Positions 40,832 through 54,247 of a DNA stretch of 64,000 nt are shown here, one piece after another. The stretch is taken from NCBI GenBank assembly GCA_002269645.1, contig NIVC01001256.1, positions 62,001 through 126,000 of the forward strand. The letters are read 5' to 3'. Source of the DNA: Macrostomum lignano (Eukaryota). The stretch's first letter is position 1. Each line of letters starts with the position of its first letter. Below the pieces are notes generated by a model, which was given only the letters and a program-made list of their open reading frames with translations, was not told the DNA's origin and made no database searches. The position numbers and the translations under genes were made by a program.

Positions 40832-43800
40832 TATATAATCTTTATGTCGCTTCTATTGTATAATGAATGCAAGTGGAGCTGCAGTTATTTATAGCGCCAT
40901 GATCTATCTGACTCGAGCAGGGCTGTTGCTCTCCAGCCGCTCCAACCCGCCGTCCTGCCGCAGGGTCGAATTGCCGCAGTAAAAAAAAGAAAATGCTTTG
41001 CCAACTTTCCAATTGCTGCGTTGCTGATGGTGCTATTGGGGTCCCGCGTGCTTTTGGTTTGTAAATTGTATCCGGCCTGGGGGGGGGGGTGCGGATAGCA
41101 CAGTGATGGGCTGAAACTTAACACCGTTTTGCCTGTCTAATTATCATGCAGGTGAGCTTTCACTTGTTGATGGCCGTTGTTGCTATGCGCACTGTCTAAT
41201 CTGCATCCGTGCCTGGCTTGTGTCTCCTATTGGCGTTCTGCGATGGTCTCATTGTCTCACAACGTTTAACTTTACCGTCAGTAATGGGAGCTGCCTTTCA
41301 ACCTTCTGTTGGCCCTTCATCGCATTGCAAGTCTCCCATTGTTGGTAGCTATTGATTTCTGGGCAGGGACCTCCCGTCTGCTTCGGCCCTTTTGAATTTT
41401 TCATTTGGAAGGCGCCGAGGAGGGAGGGCGCGGCGCGGTTGTTGAGACGGATTTCTCCCTGCAAACTGCTGATGAAGCTGGGAGGCCTGTCGCGAGATTT
41501 CGGTCGATAAGCTGGGCAAATTGAATGAGAAGTGAAATACTTGGGCGGTTCATCTCCAGTGCCTGTTCTCGTGCCGATGGGCTTGGCTTTGGGATGCGCG
41601 TCTATTTCCAGACAATAGCGAGAGAGAAGCAAGACCTGATGACGAAAACAGCCGGGGATGCTGGAAGCTGCGCTGCTTCGTGCCACTATAAACAATAGGC
41701 CTATTGTCTTAGTTATATATTATTTTATCAATTATTTGCCATTATGATTTTTCTACTCTCATCAATTGTGCAGCTTTTGATGACCTCTCATTCTCTCTTT
41801 TTTTAAAAGCACGGTCCCGCTCTCTTTCAGTCCTTCACTTCCTTAGCGCAGCTCCCATCGACTGTTTGCGTGCTCTCGCCATTGTTTTATTGCTGCGTGC
41901 TTAAATCTGCATTGCTTCGCTGGGCAAGTCTATACTTAATAATATTGCAATAGTTGCAGCTTTATACTGCCAGCTTCTTGTCTCCATGGCTATGGCCTCC
42001 CGTGCTCCCGGTCTCCTGATTCTTAAACTTCCTTCCCCCACAATGCACTCAGCCAGGCTCCCTCGTCTTGCCGGGGGCTGACCGTCTCAGTCTTCTCCCC
42101 TAAAACTCCTTACTGCTGCCCTCCTGTCCCGCCTTCTCGTTCGCTTTGTCTGCCATGCAGTCCTGCCCTCAGTTTCCTTTATTCAGCCGGTAGGGCCTGC
42201 GCTTTTCTCATTCTTCACCTGGCCTTATCGCCCTGCGTGCCCGTGAAACAGCTGTGTGCCAATGTGCTGCTAGCCGAGGGAGCTCTCCCACACAATGGAC
42301 GAGGGGGTGGGGGCTGTCAGCAAGCGGTCGGAGAGGATGAGGAGATGGGGCGCTGCAAAGAGAGACAGAGTGGGTCCTAGGAGTTTTCCTATATACGTAC
42401 TCGCAGCTGGCCTTCCTTTGTGTATTCTGTGTGTGTGCCTGTGTGATGGGTGAGAGCCCGGGTTTGAGTCGCTGCTGTTGTCAGAGCGACTGTGAGGGGA
42501 GGCTGGGAGGGCCTGTAGCCTCATCACCCGTGGGCTTTTCCTCCTCTCCGTTCCATTCCGGTCTCAGTTGGGCCTGGCATACGCGGCCTCGCGCATGCAT
42601 TATACTCAGCGAACAATTCACGTTTGGAGCCTTTTTAATGTCTTCTCTCTGTGTGCGCGGACTGTGTGGCCTGTGTGCCTGCCCTGCATGTTGACTTGAG
42701 TCATCCCCCTCCGCTTCACCGTTCTCTCCTCTCGCGGTCTCCTAGGCTCTACTCGCTTTGCGTTGAAGCTCTAAGGCTAAACTCTGCTTACATAGGCGCT
42801 CTGAATCGCTTGCTAGCGTTATTTGCTCCTGTTAGGGGGATGCTGAGCGGTTTTCGGGTTGCTGCAGGCTGAAGTTTAGCCTGGAACTCAACTCAGGTGC
42901 TGCTGGTGGTGCCTTCTGTTTCCCCTCAGTTTGCTTCCCCCTGCTGATGAGGCCGTGTAAATGCATAACTTCAATTAATTTCGCGCCAATAAATTTTTCG
43001 CTACATCACCAGCGCATAAAAAAGCCGCGCTCGCGCACACACAGGTGGAGGGGAGCCCGCATTGAAGCCCGCAGTCCCCTGGGACCTGTTATGCCACTGC
43101 CCCAATGAGGAATTATTGCCTCTGTGTCTGTTGCGGTTGCCTTTTATGATTGGAGAGAATTAACCCCGAAGGCCTTTTTAGCGTGTTGTTGCTAATAGTT
43201 TCAAGTTTGTTCAGCTCGGGGCTCTGAACTGCTCTCAACCGCTTCGAATATTTGCGGAGCAGCGAATGCAACTTTTTGAGTTGCTCGCCGGCCCGTGCTT
43301 CAATTACTCGCTCCCTCATTGCCCTCCCCCCATTGCCTTAATTAAATTTGCTATACCCGCGATAAGGAAGAACAAGTGGTTAGCGACCCCCCCCCCAGCC
43401 TCACCTCTCGCTGCTAAGTCACGACTGCTATGCTCGTAATCTATTGAACTCTCGCAGCTGTGCAGCCGATAAGGACTGCGCAGTGCAGCGCCGCACGGCA
43501 ACTGCTGCACTGGCTGCGCCCTCGCTGCCTGTCTGTTATCTGCGGCTCTCGGGGCTATCCATAGGGCAAGCGGAGGCGTCGGTTCGACACCGCAGCTTTG
43601 ACTGTAGGCGGGGCGGGGCTGCGAGATTGTCTCTGTTCACTCCTGGCCTGTCAGTTTCATGTGCAACTATGATCGTTGCAGAGTTCAGGCAAAACAATTT
43701 CAGAGGTCAAAGGCATTTCTCTTGTGCGTAAGTGTGCCTTATAATCATTTAAATTTCTCTTCTGGGAGAGAGTTGAGTCAAACTTATTTATTTATTTTTT

Positions 43801-45082
43801 CCAATCTTTTTAGTGACTTTCTTAATAATGCTTTGCAGCGCATATAAATATAGGCTTTACAGGCAAATAGTCTAGCAAGTGTATAAACAGGCCACAGCAC
43901 TATGATTTAGAAGAGTTCTGCTCGCGTCGGCAGATAGCGAAAGCGTGGGATTAAGCATATTGTAAAACAGTATATTGAGTATATAAGCTGGTACTGCAAT
44001 AACTTAGCATGCTAATTGGGCTTGAGAATTTACACAATTGTAGGCCGCTGTGGTGACTGCAAGTGGCGCCCGAAGCCGCAGTGGGCTCATAGGGGCGCGT
44101 GGCATTTCAAGTTGTTTCTAGAGATTTGACAAGCAAGTGTTTAAATAGGCGAGTAATTGTTAACCAGGATAGATGGCTGAGGATAGCAACTGGCTAATAT
44201 CACAGAGTCGCTTGTTGAGTTCTGCCCCTATCATTTTATCTGCAGCTTTTCTACTTAAACAGTTAGAGTTGGGGCAGTGTTTCAGATTATTGCATTAGGA
44301 ATCTCGGTTGCCGTGGCTTCCCACCTGTTAGTCTACTGCAGGCGATTCGACTAAATTCTACGTATTTAATAAAAGCATAGGCAGCTAAAGCAGAGGACAA
44401 AATAACTGTTAAGTAAATATATTAACAAGCAGGCAGCGGGCGTGAGCAGCTATGCGTACAGATAATAAACAGGGAACAACGATGCACCTGGCTATTTACA
44501 AATTCCACAGCCTTGTTGCAGCGTTTTTGCCGGCCCTGTCAAGTCCGGGGGACCCCGGGAGCCCGCTGGGAGCCCCGGTGGCCTCGGACTGGCTGAGCCA
44601 AGCTGGAAAAACTGACTGCCCTAACGACGCCGGGACATTTGGACGGAATGAGTCGCGAAGGCCTTTCCAGTTTTTTTAGGAAAGCAAAAGTTAAAAAGAA
44701 AAAGCAAACAATTATAACAGACAGGTATAGCGATAGAGCAAACATGTGTGGGAAAAATTCAGGAAGCAGCAAAGAGCAAACGGTGATTGTAGTGAACACA
44801 CTGGGCTATCTCCGCTCGTAAATAGGCTTTCATTTTTCAAGAACAAATCTGTATTGGCATTCAATTTTAGAATCAATTTAATTATTTGCCAGTACAAAAC
44901 TGAGCTGACACCGCCTGAAGATATGTTTTTGTAGATTTTTGTCAAAGAAAACTTTGCAGCATCTAAATACTTGTGCTTTCAGATTAATTGCAGTGCGGAG
45001 TGGCTTCTTTAACGGGATTTGTGCTGATTTTGGGAAGCTGTGCTGCGAGTGTCTGCCTTACGGTTGCGCTCTTATGGACTCT

Positions 45083-45817
45083 CTAAAACACAGTCTTGGA
45101 CCTGATTAGCAGTCCCTGCGTCTGCCTGTCCGGTATGCCGGTCCTGGTGTAGAACGTGTCATTGATGAGGCGGGTCCGACCGAACGGTGGCTTCTTGATG
45201 TCGGCCACCTTGATCACTTCGCCCAGCTTCCAGCCGTACTCCCAGGATGACACAATAGGGAACTGGTACTTGTCCTCCGGCGCCTTTGCGGCCCGCTCTT
45301 TGAGGTAGAGGCCCCTGGAAACAAGAAATAACAATTTATTGATTACTTTTACACCTACCAATGTATCTTGAATTCTGAAGTTGCGGTCTGCTTAGCAACA
45401 AAAAATTGACACACGATCGCCAACTGACCTGCCCCTGCCCTCTCGGCTGAAGCCCTGGTATAGAAGGCCTCGCGTCCTTGGCGATATCGGCCGCATCTCC
45501 ACGCACAGAGACGGGTCTGACTCCTTCAGCCTGCTGATAGCGTCCAGGACCTCCTGGTTCTCGTTCCGCTTTGGCTTTGTGTGCTTCTGCGTCTTGAACT
45601 TCTCCACGCTTTGCCGCAGATCGTCAGTCATGGTTGGCGCCAGCTCCAGCCTCCTCTTGAACACCTCCATCTGTCGGCTGCGCGTCTCTGTTCCGCCTCC
45701 GACTTTGCCACTGGCACGCCGCGCCATGTACCAGTGCAGTTGAGCGTCCCGCTCCTTGGTGTAGCGCTCTTCCAGACTCTTCTGCGCCGCAATGTCAGCT
45801 GGGTAGTTTCTAGCCAT
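45083..45817 (-). CDS. SPMIP1: SPMIP1/ATP6V1FNB-like ciliary/sperm microtubule inner protein, ~206 aa; exons 45817-45429 and 45314-45083
   Basis: The spliced motif LLYQGFSREGRGR-GLYLKERAAKAPEDKYQFPIVSSWEYGW..PPFGRTRLINDTFY matches the family signature as I recall it. The 114-nt GT..AG intron is phase 2. Confidence 0.78.
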
Positions 45818-47144
45818 GGTGCCTGCTGGCCACTCTTTAACTGTCTTCTCGCCCGCTGCCTCCCGCCGCCTGCTTACGTGCCGTCACTGCCGCCACCGCT
45901 GTGCTGGTGTGAGAATAGCGGAGCGGATGAGGTATCGCATCTGTCTCGCGTCTGCAGCTCATCTTTAACCACCGGGCCCCTCCCCTCCTCACCTCCACTC
46001 TGCCACCCCACCCCTCCAGGTTGTTTTCCCTATTCTACCACTTGGGACCGCAATGTTTGGGGCGGTCCTCAAATTGCAGCTGATTCAGCCAATCCTCCCG
46101 CTCTGTGTCACCTTGGCGACAGCATGGGGTGCGGAGAAGTGGAGACGAGGCGGCTGCTGGTGGGTCGGCACGGGGGGGAGGGTTGGTTACTCGCAAGGTG
46201 GGGCGCGTTTTTGCCTTTGTCAATTCAACCCCCGTATTGGGTCTGGCTGGCTGCAGACTGAGTTTTGGAGGCCCCCCCCCTCACCGCCTCACCCCCGGGT
46301 GCTCCGCTCCAATGCGTGCGCTCGCTTGTGTTTGCACCAGTTGAGCATGTGCGCGCAATCGCTGAATGCCGTGTGTGCTCACCTGCTGCTCTGTCTTGCT
46401 GCTTTCATATTTCTGAATATGAAGACTGAAGATTTAAATTGTTCTACACTTGTCTTCTTGGTTTTTGCTGCTAAAAGCTTTCTATTAGGAACTTGGAATG
46501 TGGCCTTCTCCTATGTACGAGTATTACAAGAGAGATTTGTTGCTTTCAGCCCCAAATCGACGCCAATTTTTCCCAAAGAAAGCAACGACAAAAATGAATG
46601 AAAATAGAGTCACGAGTAGGCTTAGCGCCAAGGGTCTAGCAGTTTGGAGTTTTATTAACATTACCAGCCACACGAAAGAAGGGCCGGACGTCCTCGAGCT
46701 ATTCTAGATAGCTAATAAACTTTAAACCCTTTGTAGATAGCGTCCTACAGCTTATGAATATTGCTTATATTGTTTTTGCTGTTCAGCAAGGCAGGACAAA
46801 GTTTATCTATTCTATTCTATAGTAGACTTTATCTATAGTGGCAACCCCGAGAAACCCCGGTGTGCACTCGCGATCGAATGATCATGAAACAGCCGAGTCT
46901 GTTTGCTTTGAGCTATCTTTGTTGAAAAAAATCAAATCTGAGTGCGACAGGGTTTGTGCGTATGAGTAGGTCTTATACTTTAAAATTTGTCTTTTGCAAT
47001 GCCATGTGCACACACTTACTACTACTGGAAGTAAGCGTGTGTACATTTACCTGTAGTTAGGTGTCAGTGGAACGAAAAGGTTGAAGGATTAATTTTGCTT
47101 TCAGTGCAATTTTATTGATCTGGCTAGGACTGAAATCGTGCTCA

Positions 47145-47720
47145 AAATCAAACTCGTGCTCAGTCTGTTATTCAAAATCGTGCTTAGTCTTAAACTCATG
47201 CTCAGACTCAAACTCAGACTCAAACTCATGCTCAGACTCAGACTTAAACTCAGACTCAAACTCATGCTCAGACTCTGACTCAAACTCATGCTCAGACTCA
47301 GACTTAAACTCATACTCAGACTCAGGCTTAAACTCATAACTCAGACTCAAACTCAAACTCATGCTCAGATTCAAACTCATGCTCAAACTCAAACTCATGC
47401 TCAGACTCAAACTCATGCTCAAACTCAAACTCATGCTCAGACTCAAACTCATGCTCAGACTTAAACTCATGCTGAAACTTACTCATACTCAAACTCAAAC
47501 TCATGCTCAGACTCAAACTCATGCTCAGACTTAAACTCATGCTGAAACTTACTCAGACTCAGACCCAAACTCATACTCAGACTCAGACTTAAACTCATAC
47601 TCAGACTCAGGCTCAAACTCATGCTCAGACTTAAACTCGTGCTCAGACTCAAACTCATACTCAGACTCAGGCTCAAACTCATACTCAGACTTAAACTCGT
47701 GCTCAGACTCAAATTCGTGC
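47145..47720. repeat. Hexamer-based minisatellite (ACTCAG/ACTCAA/ACTCAT mosaics) upstream of MPC1
   Basis: Tandem CTCAGACTCAAACTCATG-type units. Confidence 0.93.
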
Positions 47721-47804
47721 TCACACCAACCAATCAACAGATAGCTCAAGGCTCGAACCCTCCAACTGTTGAATTGCAGCAGCAGCAGCAGCGGCCACAG
47801 CAGA

Positions 47805-48218
47805 ATGTCAGCCGGCGGCAATCTGTTCACCCGGGGCCTGCGCTACCTGGCTAGCAAGGAGTTTCGCAGCTACCTGTGCAGCACCCACTTCTGGGACCCG
47901 GTGGCCAACTGGGGCCTGCCTTTGGCCGCCCTCGCCGACGTCAAGAAGAACCCGGAGATGATCAGCGGCAAGATGACCACAGCGCTGTTTTTCTACTCCA
48001 TGGCTTTCATGCGCTTCGCCTGGCGCGTGCAGCCGCGCAACATGCTGCTGTTCGCCTGCCACTTCACCAACGACACAGCCCAGTTAGTGCAGCTGTGCCG
48101 CTTCACCGACTATTGGTACGTGAAGGATGAGGCCCAGCGCCAGCAGCTGCGCCGCCAGTATGAGGATGCGGCCGGTGAGGCCGCCGCTGAAGTTGCTGTC
48201 GCCGAGCCGAAAAAGTGA
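47805..48218 (+). CDS. MPC1: Mitochondrial pyruvate carrier 1, intronless, 137 aa
   Basis: [60 protein letters not shown]. Confidence 0.95.
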   Translation: MSAGGNLFTRGLRYLASKEFRSYLCSTHFWDPVANWGLPLAALADVKKNPEMISGKMTTALFFYSMAFMRFAWRVQPRNMLLFACHFTNDTAQLVQLCRFTDYWYVKDEAQRQQLRRQYEDAAGEAAAEVAVAEPKK

Positions 48219-49311
48219 CGCGCCGCCTCACATCCGTCTCTGCCCCCGAGGATTCCTCCCGGGAAGCATTCCAGCGAGAGCTCCGCTATGGGACTGATTA
48301 GACATATGCAATAGCAATTATTATTATTAACTGCTGGATACTAATTACTTCCAATTCTGTTTGTGCCTTTTTAAATTTTTTCAATCAAAACACAACGGTT
48401 GGACTAATAATAGCATTAACATTGGCATCAATTATTTACACACCATTAGACTCCTAGATTATGTGGCCTGCCTGCAGACACCAACATTTGCACTCTTGCC
48501 GCCAGCGCACCTCTCCAATTCAATTTTAAAGGTAACAATTCTGTCTCTGTTACTCTGTTTAACGCCACGGATATTAATTACCATAGACAACTGGCTCGCA
48601 TGATGGAATTCATAATGTCTATGATCGAAAGCCAAACTCCCTACTGGAAGCAAAGTACATGGGTAGATCTGCCATAGAGTCATTGATCCTTTGCAGACTG
48701 TGGTTTGGTTTCTTACAGAGCTCTTTTGCATTGATAAGTTTTGTCCTAAAAGTACCTTCGTTTCGTTTCTGTTGCTTTTCTCTCTGCTCAGAAGAAACTA
48801 TTGAGAGAGCTTGAGGCGCGTAGGAGGGAGACTTCGCCCACTCTTGGTCGCTATAATCTTTTTTATACCAATCTTTGCTTCTGTTCTGCTGAAATTTATC
48901 TGCTCCAATGCGGTTGTCTGCGCAAATGTCTTAGTGACACCTTCATATGAAATCCTGTGTTAGCATCCCTCACTTGCACCCAGTATACCGTGCTTTGTCT
49001 ATAGATATGCTCTTACTAAATGTACTGCTTGACCCTAGCGCTCACTTCTTCGTTTAGCTTATATAGTAACTCTGATATTGTGTAGATTATTTTATTAGTT
49101 ATTAGTTACTTTTAGTGCATGATTATATTACCTAATTTTTAGTAAGATTCCAGAAATTTCCTAAGTTCAGACAGTTTGGGTAACTACTGTCCTACCTACT
49201 AAAGGCAGTATGTTTAGTTCATAAGCAGAATATGTTTTATAATTTGACCAAACTGACTCGTAAGCCGATAAGATCGAAAATCTCAATCTGCTACAGCAGC
49301 CGCCACTGCCA

Positions 49312-49852
49312 TAAAACTGCACTCGGCCATAGACAATAAAGTCAATGAAGCCACTGACACAGAAGTGCACTCGGCCATAGACAATGAAGTCCATGAAGCC
49401 ACTGACACAGAAGTGCACTCGGCCATAGACAATGAAGTCAATGAAGCCACTGACACAGAAGTGAACTCGGCCATAGACAATAAAGACAATGAAGCCATGC
49501 ACTGACACAGAAGTGCACTCGGCCATAAACTATAAGGTCAATGAAGCCACTGACACAGAAGTGAACTCGGACATAGACAATAAAGTCAATGAAGCCACTG
49601 GCACAGAAGTGCACTCGGCCATAAACTATAAGGTCAATGAAGCCACTGACACAGAAGTGCACTCGGACATAGACAATAAAGTCAATGAAGTCACTGGCAC
49701 AGAAGTGCACTCGGCCATAAACTATAAGGTCAATGAAGCCACTGGCACAGAAGTGCACTCGGACATAGACAATAAAGTCAATGAAGCCACTGGCACAGAA
49801 GTGCACTCGGACATAAACTATAAGGTCAATGAAGCCACTGACACAGAACTGC
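49312..49852. repeat. 48-bp minisatellite x ~11
   Basis: Unit ACTGACACAGAAGTGCACTCGGCCATAGACAATAAAGTCAATGAAGCC with variants. Confidence 0.95.
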
Positions 49853-50431
49853 ACTTTTCAAGCAGAGGAGTATAGGCCAGCATTTTATTGAATCATCAAA
49901 TTAATTGAAACCTTTGTCTATGGTCGAGTGTACTTCTATGGCAGTGGCTGCTGTAGGCGATTGTCAACTTTATGAGCTTAGTTATCAATTCCACTATTGA
50001 AAGCAATACTAAAAGTAGTAAGCTTGGGATCTTATTTTCTGGACTCTCACTCAGATTTGTACTAGTAATCGCACTTTTGTCTTGTTTCTAACGCGCCCCT
50101 CTTAAGAGCGTGCTTAGCCTTTCAATCGCACAGTCTTTAGAGACGATTTTAGCAATAGTTTTTTATTCAATTATTATATATAGTAACCTTAATGCCAGTA
50201 TAGTAGATATGCACTTACGAGTGAGTATAACTTAAAATAGATTGTTTGACTGTCGCTCAGGCATTAGCTGCATATTTGACTGGCTATCTCGCAGCCGATA
50301 TCAGACTATTTTTTGCTTTGTCAGCCAGGTTACCTTTAAGCGTTCTTATTTTTTAAAATCCTGAGAACTGAAACTCACTCTGTCACTCACACTCACTCAC
50401 TCCCTTATCTAAGATTCCATATTCCTCTCCT

Positions 50432-51265
50432 TAGAACCACCTACTCCTGAGAACCACCTACTCCTGAGAACCACCTACTCCTTAGAACCACCTACTCCTT
50501 AGAACCACCTAATCCTGAGAACCACCTGAGAACCACCTACTCCTGAGAACCACCTACTCCTGAGAACCACCTTACTCCTGAGAACCACCTACTCCTGAGA
50601 ACCACCTACTCCTGAGAACCACCTAATCCTGAGAACCACCTGAGAACCACCTACTCCTGAGAACCACCTACTCCTTAGAACCACCTAATCCTGAGAACCA
50701 CCTGAGAACCACCTACTCCTGAGAACCACCTACTCCTGAGAACCACCTTACTCCTGAGAACCACCTACTCCTGAGAACCACCTACTCCTGAGAACCACCT
50801 ACTCCTGAGAACCACCTACTCCTTAGAACCACCTAATCCTGAGAACCACCTGAGAACCACCTACTCCTTAGAACCACCTACTCCTGAGAACCACCTTACT
50901 CCTGAGAACCACCTACTCCTGAGAACCACCTACTCCTGAGAACCACCTACTCCTGAGAACCACCTACTCCTTAGAACCACCTAATCCTGAGAACCACCTG
51001 AGAACCACCTACTCCTGAGAACCACCTACTCCTGAGAACCACCTTACTCCTGAGAACCACCTACTCCTGAGAACCACCTTACTCCTCTCCTTGAGAACCA
51101 CTTACTCCTCTCTTGAGAACCACCTCCTCTCCTGAGAACCACCTCCTCTTCTGAGAACCACCTCCTCTCCTGAGAGCCGCCTACTCCTGAGAACCACCTC
51201 CTCTCCTGAGAGCCGCCTACTCCTGAGAACCACCTCCTCTCCTGAGAGCCGCCTACTCCTCTCCT
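50432..51265. repeat. 17-bp minisatellite (AGAACCACCTACTCCTG) with higher-order blocks
   Basis: Tandem units. Confidence 0.95.
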
Positions 51266-53229
51266 GAAAACCTCTCGTAAAATCGGCCCCAGGTTTTAAT
51301 GAGAATGGCGTATAGTTCACCTATTCATCTTGTAAATACATGCTACTCGTGTTGATATTTCTACTGTCAGTAGGCATTCTGGCGCATAGCTATTAGTTTC
51401 CGAGAAGAGAATCTGCTTAACGCAATCAACGAAGGAAATAGATAAATAAAATAATGCATCTGGCCAAAGCTGCGAGTGACGCAAGTAATGGTTGGATGCC
51501 CGAAGGCGAGATAAAACCGGCTGGTCATGCGGAAGAGAAAGCCTCTCTGCGGGGGCTAATTAAAGGAAAGCGCATGCAGGTAACTTCCAGGAAAGGGGGA
51601 TCTGGGCAGTCTGTAAGGTTGGATTTCCCCCGCTGCGGAAGATGGCTGATTGCACTGCGCGCGAATTCACTGACAAGTGGGAGGGGCTGCCGCTGCCCCA
51701 GCGCTGTCACACTCTCTGACCGGTCGTGTTCTGGCTAAGGGTGAAAGCGATGCGAATGCGAGGTGAGAGATGAGAGAGGAACTGATAAGTCAAACAACAA
51801 ATTCCGATTGCAGCTTTTTCTGAGGGTTGGGGGGGCTCTGCTGCCCTTGGCGGGTTCGATGGTTGGGTGTCTGAAAGAACTGGGGCGCTGCAGGGGTCGC
51901 AGGGCTGGCAAGTGTAAGTGGGCAGTGAGGCCTGGGCGGCTCCCGTGGGTCTCTAGTAGTAAAGTACGCTCTGCAGTGCCGCTTTTTTGTCGGAGGCTTT
52001 GCAGGATTGTGCTGAACTTGGGCCATAGACAGCCATTCGGCCAAGTCTGGGCGATTTTCCACTGAGACTGGGATGCTTCTGGAAACTCATTTTCCAGCGA
52101 CACCCTACCGTACGTATCGAATATTCATATAAACCTTCCCCTAGCTGCATCCCTGCAAAAGTGAAAATTCCAAGCTTCTACATTTGTCGCCTCAGCTTCC
52201 CAGACAGACCAGTTCGGGGATGAAGTTGTCTTTTCCGATGCCCCCCGGTAATTTTCAGCTATTTTAGGAAGCCGGGACTTTGGGATCCATTCGCTCGTAA
52301 GCTGAGGCGCGCCCGTCCACTTCTGGTGTGATTGACAGAAAGTTAAACTGAAAAGGATTTGTGAAAATTCGGCCCAATTTCCTCATTGGGCGGGTGCAGG
52401 CTTCAAATAGCTTCTTTCTTCTGTCATTCGCCAGAGGGAGCTTCGCAAGATCTTGCCATCTCTAGCTCTTGCACTTTTACTGACTTCCGAGCCGCCACCC
52501 GCGCAGGTTTTTAATTGCCACAGCCAGTCTGCTTAATATTTGGTCCGCGGCGCTGTTTCGCAATGCTTCGCCGGCGCAAACAGTATATTGGGGAGCGCGC
52601 CTCGATTAGGACAAACTTGGAACAGGCTGCCCGCATCTGTGACAGTCACTCATCCTTGGACCCCCGGGTCCGACCTCCAGCCCCTCCTCGTCATTTCCCG
52701 GCGGCAGCAGCAGCAGAGTTGTTGCTGCAGCCGATGGGAGGCACGCCATGAAAATGTCACCTCAGACAGCGCGACTGCCGCAGGAGCGCCGCATCGGCAT
52801 TCACCGGGGGGGGGGGTTGTAAATCCGGCACTCGGGAACTCTGCGCAGTTTTTCCCGGGTCACTTGAAGATTCGCAGAAAATTTTCTCCTGCTCAGGAAG
52901 GGGCAGCTTCCCGGCGCGCAATTAAGCTAATTCAATTTCTGTGGCGATGGAGTGCGCGCAGATTCTGGGGCGGGGGCTCAGAGTCATATTTTATGCATAC
53001 GCGAAAGTGCTCTCCGCCTCATGCATAGACAAGATTTATGCTAGAATTTGTTGACAGAGCCCCCCCCCCTGTGCCGCCATGCAAATCACTTTTTTAGAGC
53101 GGCTCAGCAAGAAATGCAAGTGAAATTTCAGTGCAAAAGCGTACATAGCTGTGTCTGCTTTCGCCATAAGCTGCTTTCTGCTCTGACGGCAGATCAGCTA
53201 TCTTACTACCTTATAATTTTGTTAACTTA

Positions 53230-53563
53230 TAATTTTACTTTGACAATAGCGCTGATTCTCGCCAAGCTTGAGTAGTCCAGAGAAGTTTTGTCCTGATGGG
53301 AGCTGACTGCGACCGACAGCTCAGCCGCAGGTATTGCGCGGCGCATCTGAAGGCTGGGTACGGCTGTTCAGTCCAAAGACTGGGGGGGTCACCACACACA
53401 CCCTCAATTACCCCAGCTAATGCTGGCACCCATTTTACAGCTGGGTGAACTGAAGAAATGCAGAGTTGAGTGTCTTGCTCCAGGACACAAATTTTTCCAG
53501 TGGAATCGAACCCCCGACTTTGCAGTCGTGAGTCCAACGCTCTGACCACTAGGCTGCAACTCC
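53230..53563 (-). mobile_element. tRNA-derived SINE with CORE-like central domain
   Basis: The minus strand has an A box (GCCTAGTGGTCAGAG) and B box (GGGTTCGATTCC), followed by GTCCTGGAGCAAGACACTCAAC..CAGCTGTAAAATGGGT and an AT-rich end. Confidence 0.8.
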
Positions 53564-54247
53564 TCCCATAGCCATATGGGACTCCCCTTTTCCAGCTCTG
53601 CGCACAGTGTCCTGTCAGTTTTAGGCTCCCCGAAGCATTGAAAGATGTTTATATCTTTAACCTTGTTTTTTCCAACCAGCTTTGTGAGCCTGTAATGGAG
53701 AGGAAAATGCCGCAGTCCTTAAGCCTCGGACGCACTTAAAAATCCTACAAATATAAGCGTAAAGAGGGTGCCGAGCCGGAACCCGAATCAGATGACTGAC
53801 CCAGTCCGCCCAGACAGAATGAAATGCCTATTTAGACTTTCCTTCTTTTCTTTCACAAAAGATAAGCCGCATTCTTGTTGACAGCTGTTTTAAAATTGCT
53901 TCTTTCAGGCCGGCTCTCGAATTCTAGCTTGCCGAGCTCGGGGGGGGGATTATTCGCCGTATTTAGTGCGAGAGGGAGGCTTCTTCGATTCTGATCGGGG
54001 CTGCTTCTGCAAGCAGATCTGCTGCAGATCGGCATCGCATCGCCCAGCCTCGTATCCGGGATGATTGACCGCCGCTTCTGGGCGCACTGGGCTCGCATGG
54101 TGAACGACCCGGAAATATCGCAGCAGCGGCGAATTTTATAAAGCCGCTGCGACTGCACTTGCTGGCACTTGGGCGGTGCACTTGGCCGCGTTGTGTTCTG
54201 GGCCAGTCTTTACGCTTGACTTCCAGCTTGTTCACTGGCATGAATGA

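Noticed and set aside
39840-43000. Patchy GC-rich stretches (including an EVKYLG-like frame near 41530) suggestive of decayed retroelements
   Set aside because: There is no sustained open frame or second motif, so it cannot be assigned.
43562-43591. A-box/B-box-like pair
   Set aside because: The spacing is too short for a tRNA or SINE head and there is no cloverleaf.
53490-53563. tRNA gene
   Set aside because: A/B boxes are present but there is no complete acceptor stem, and the sequence continues into a SINE body.
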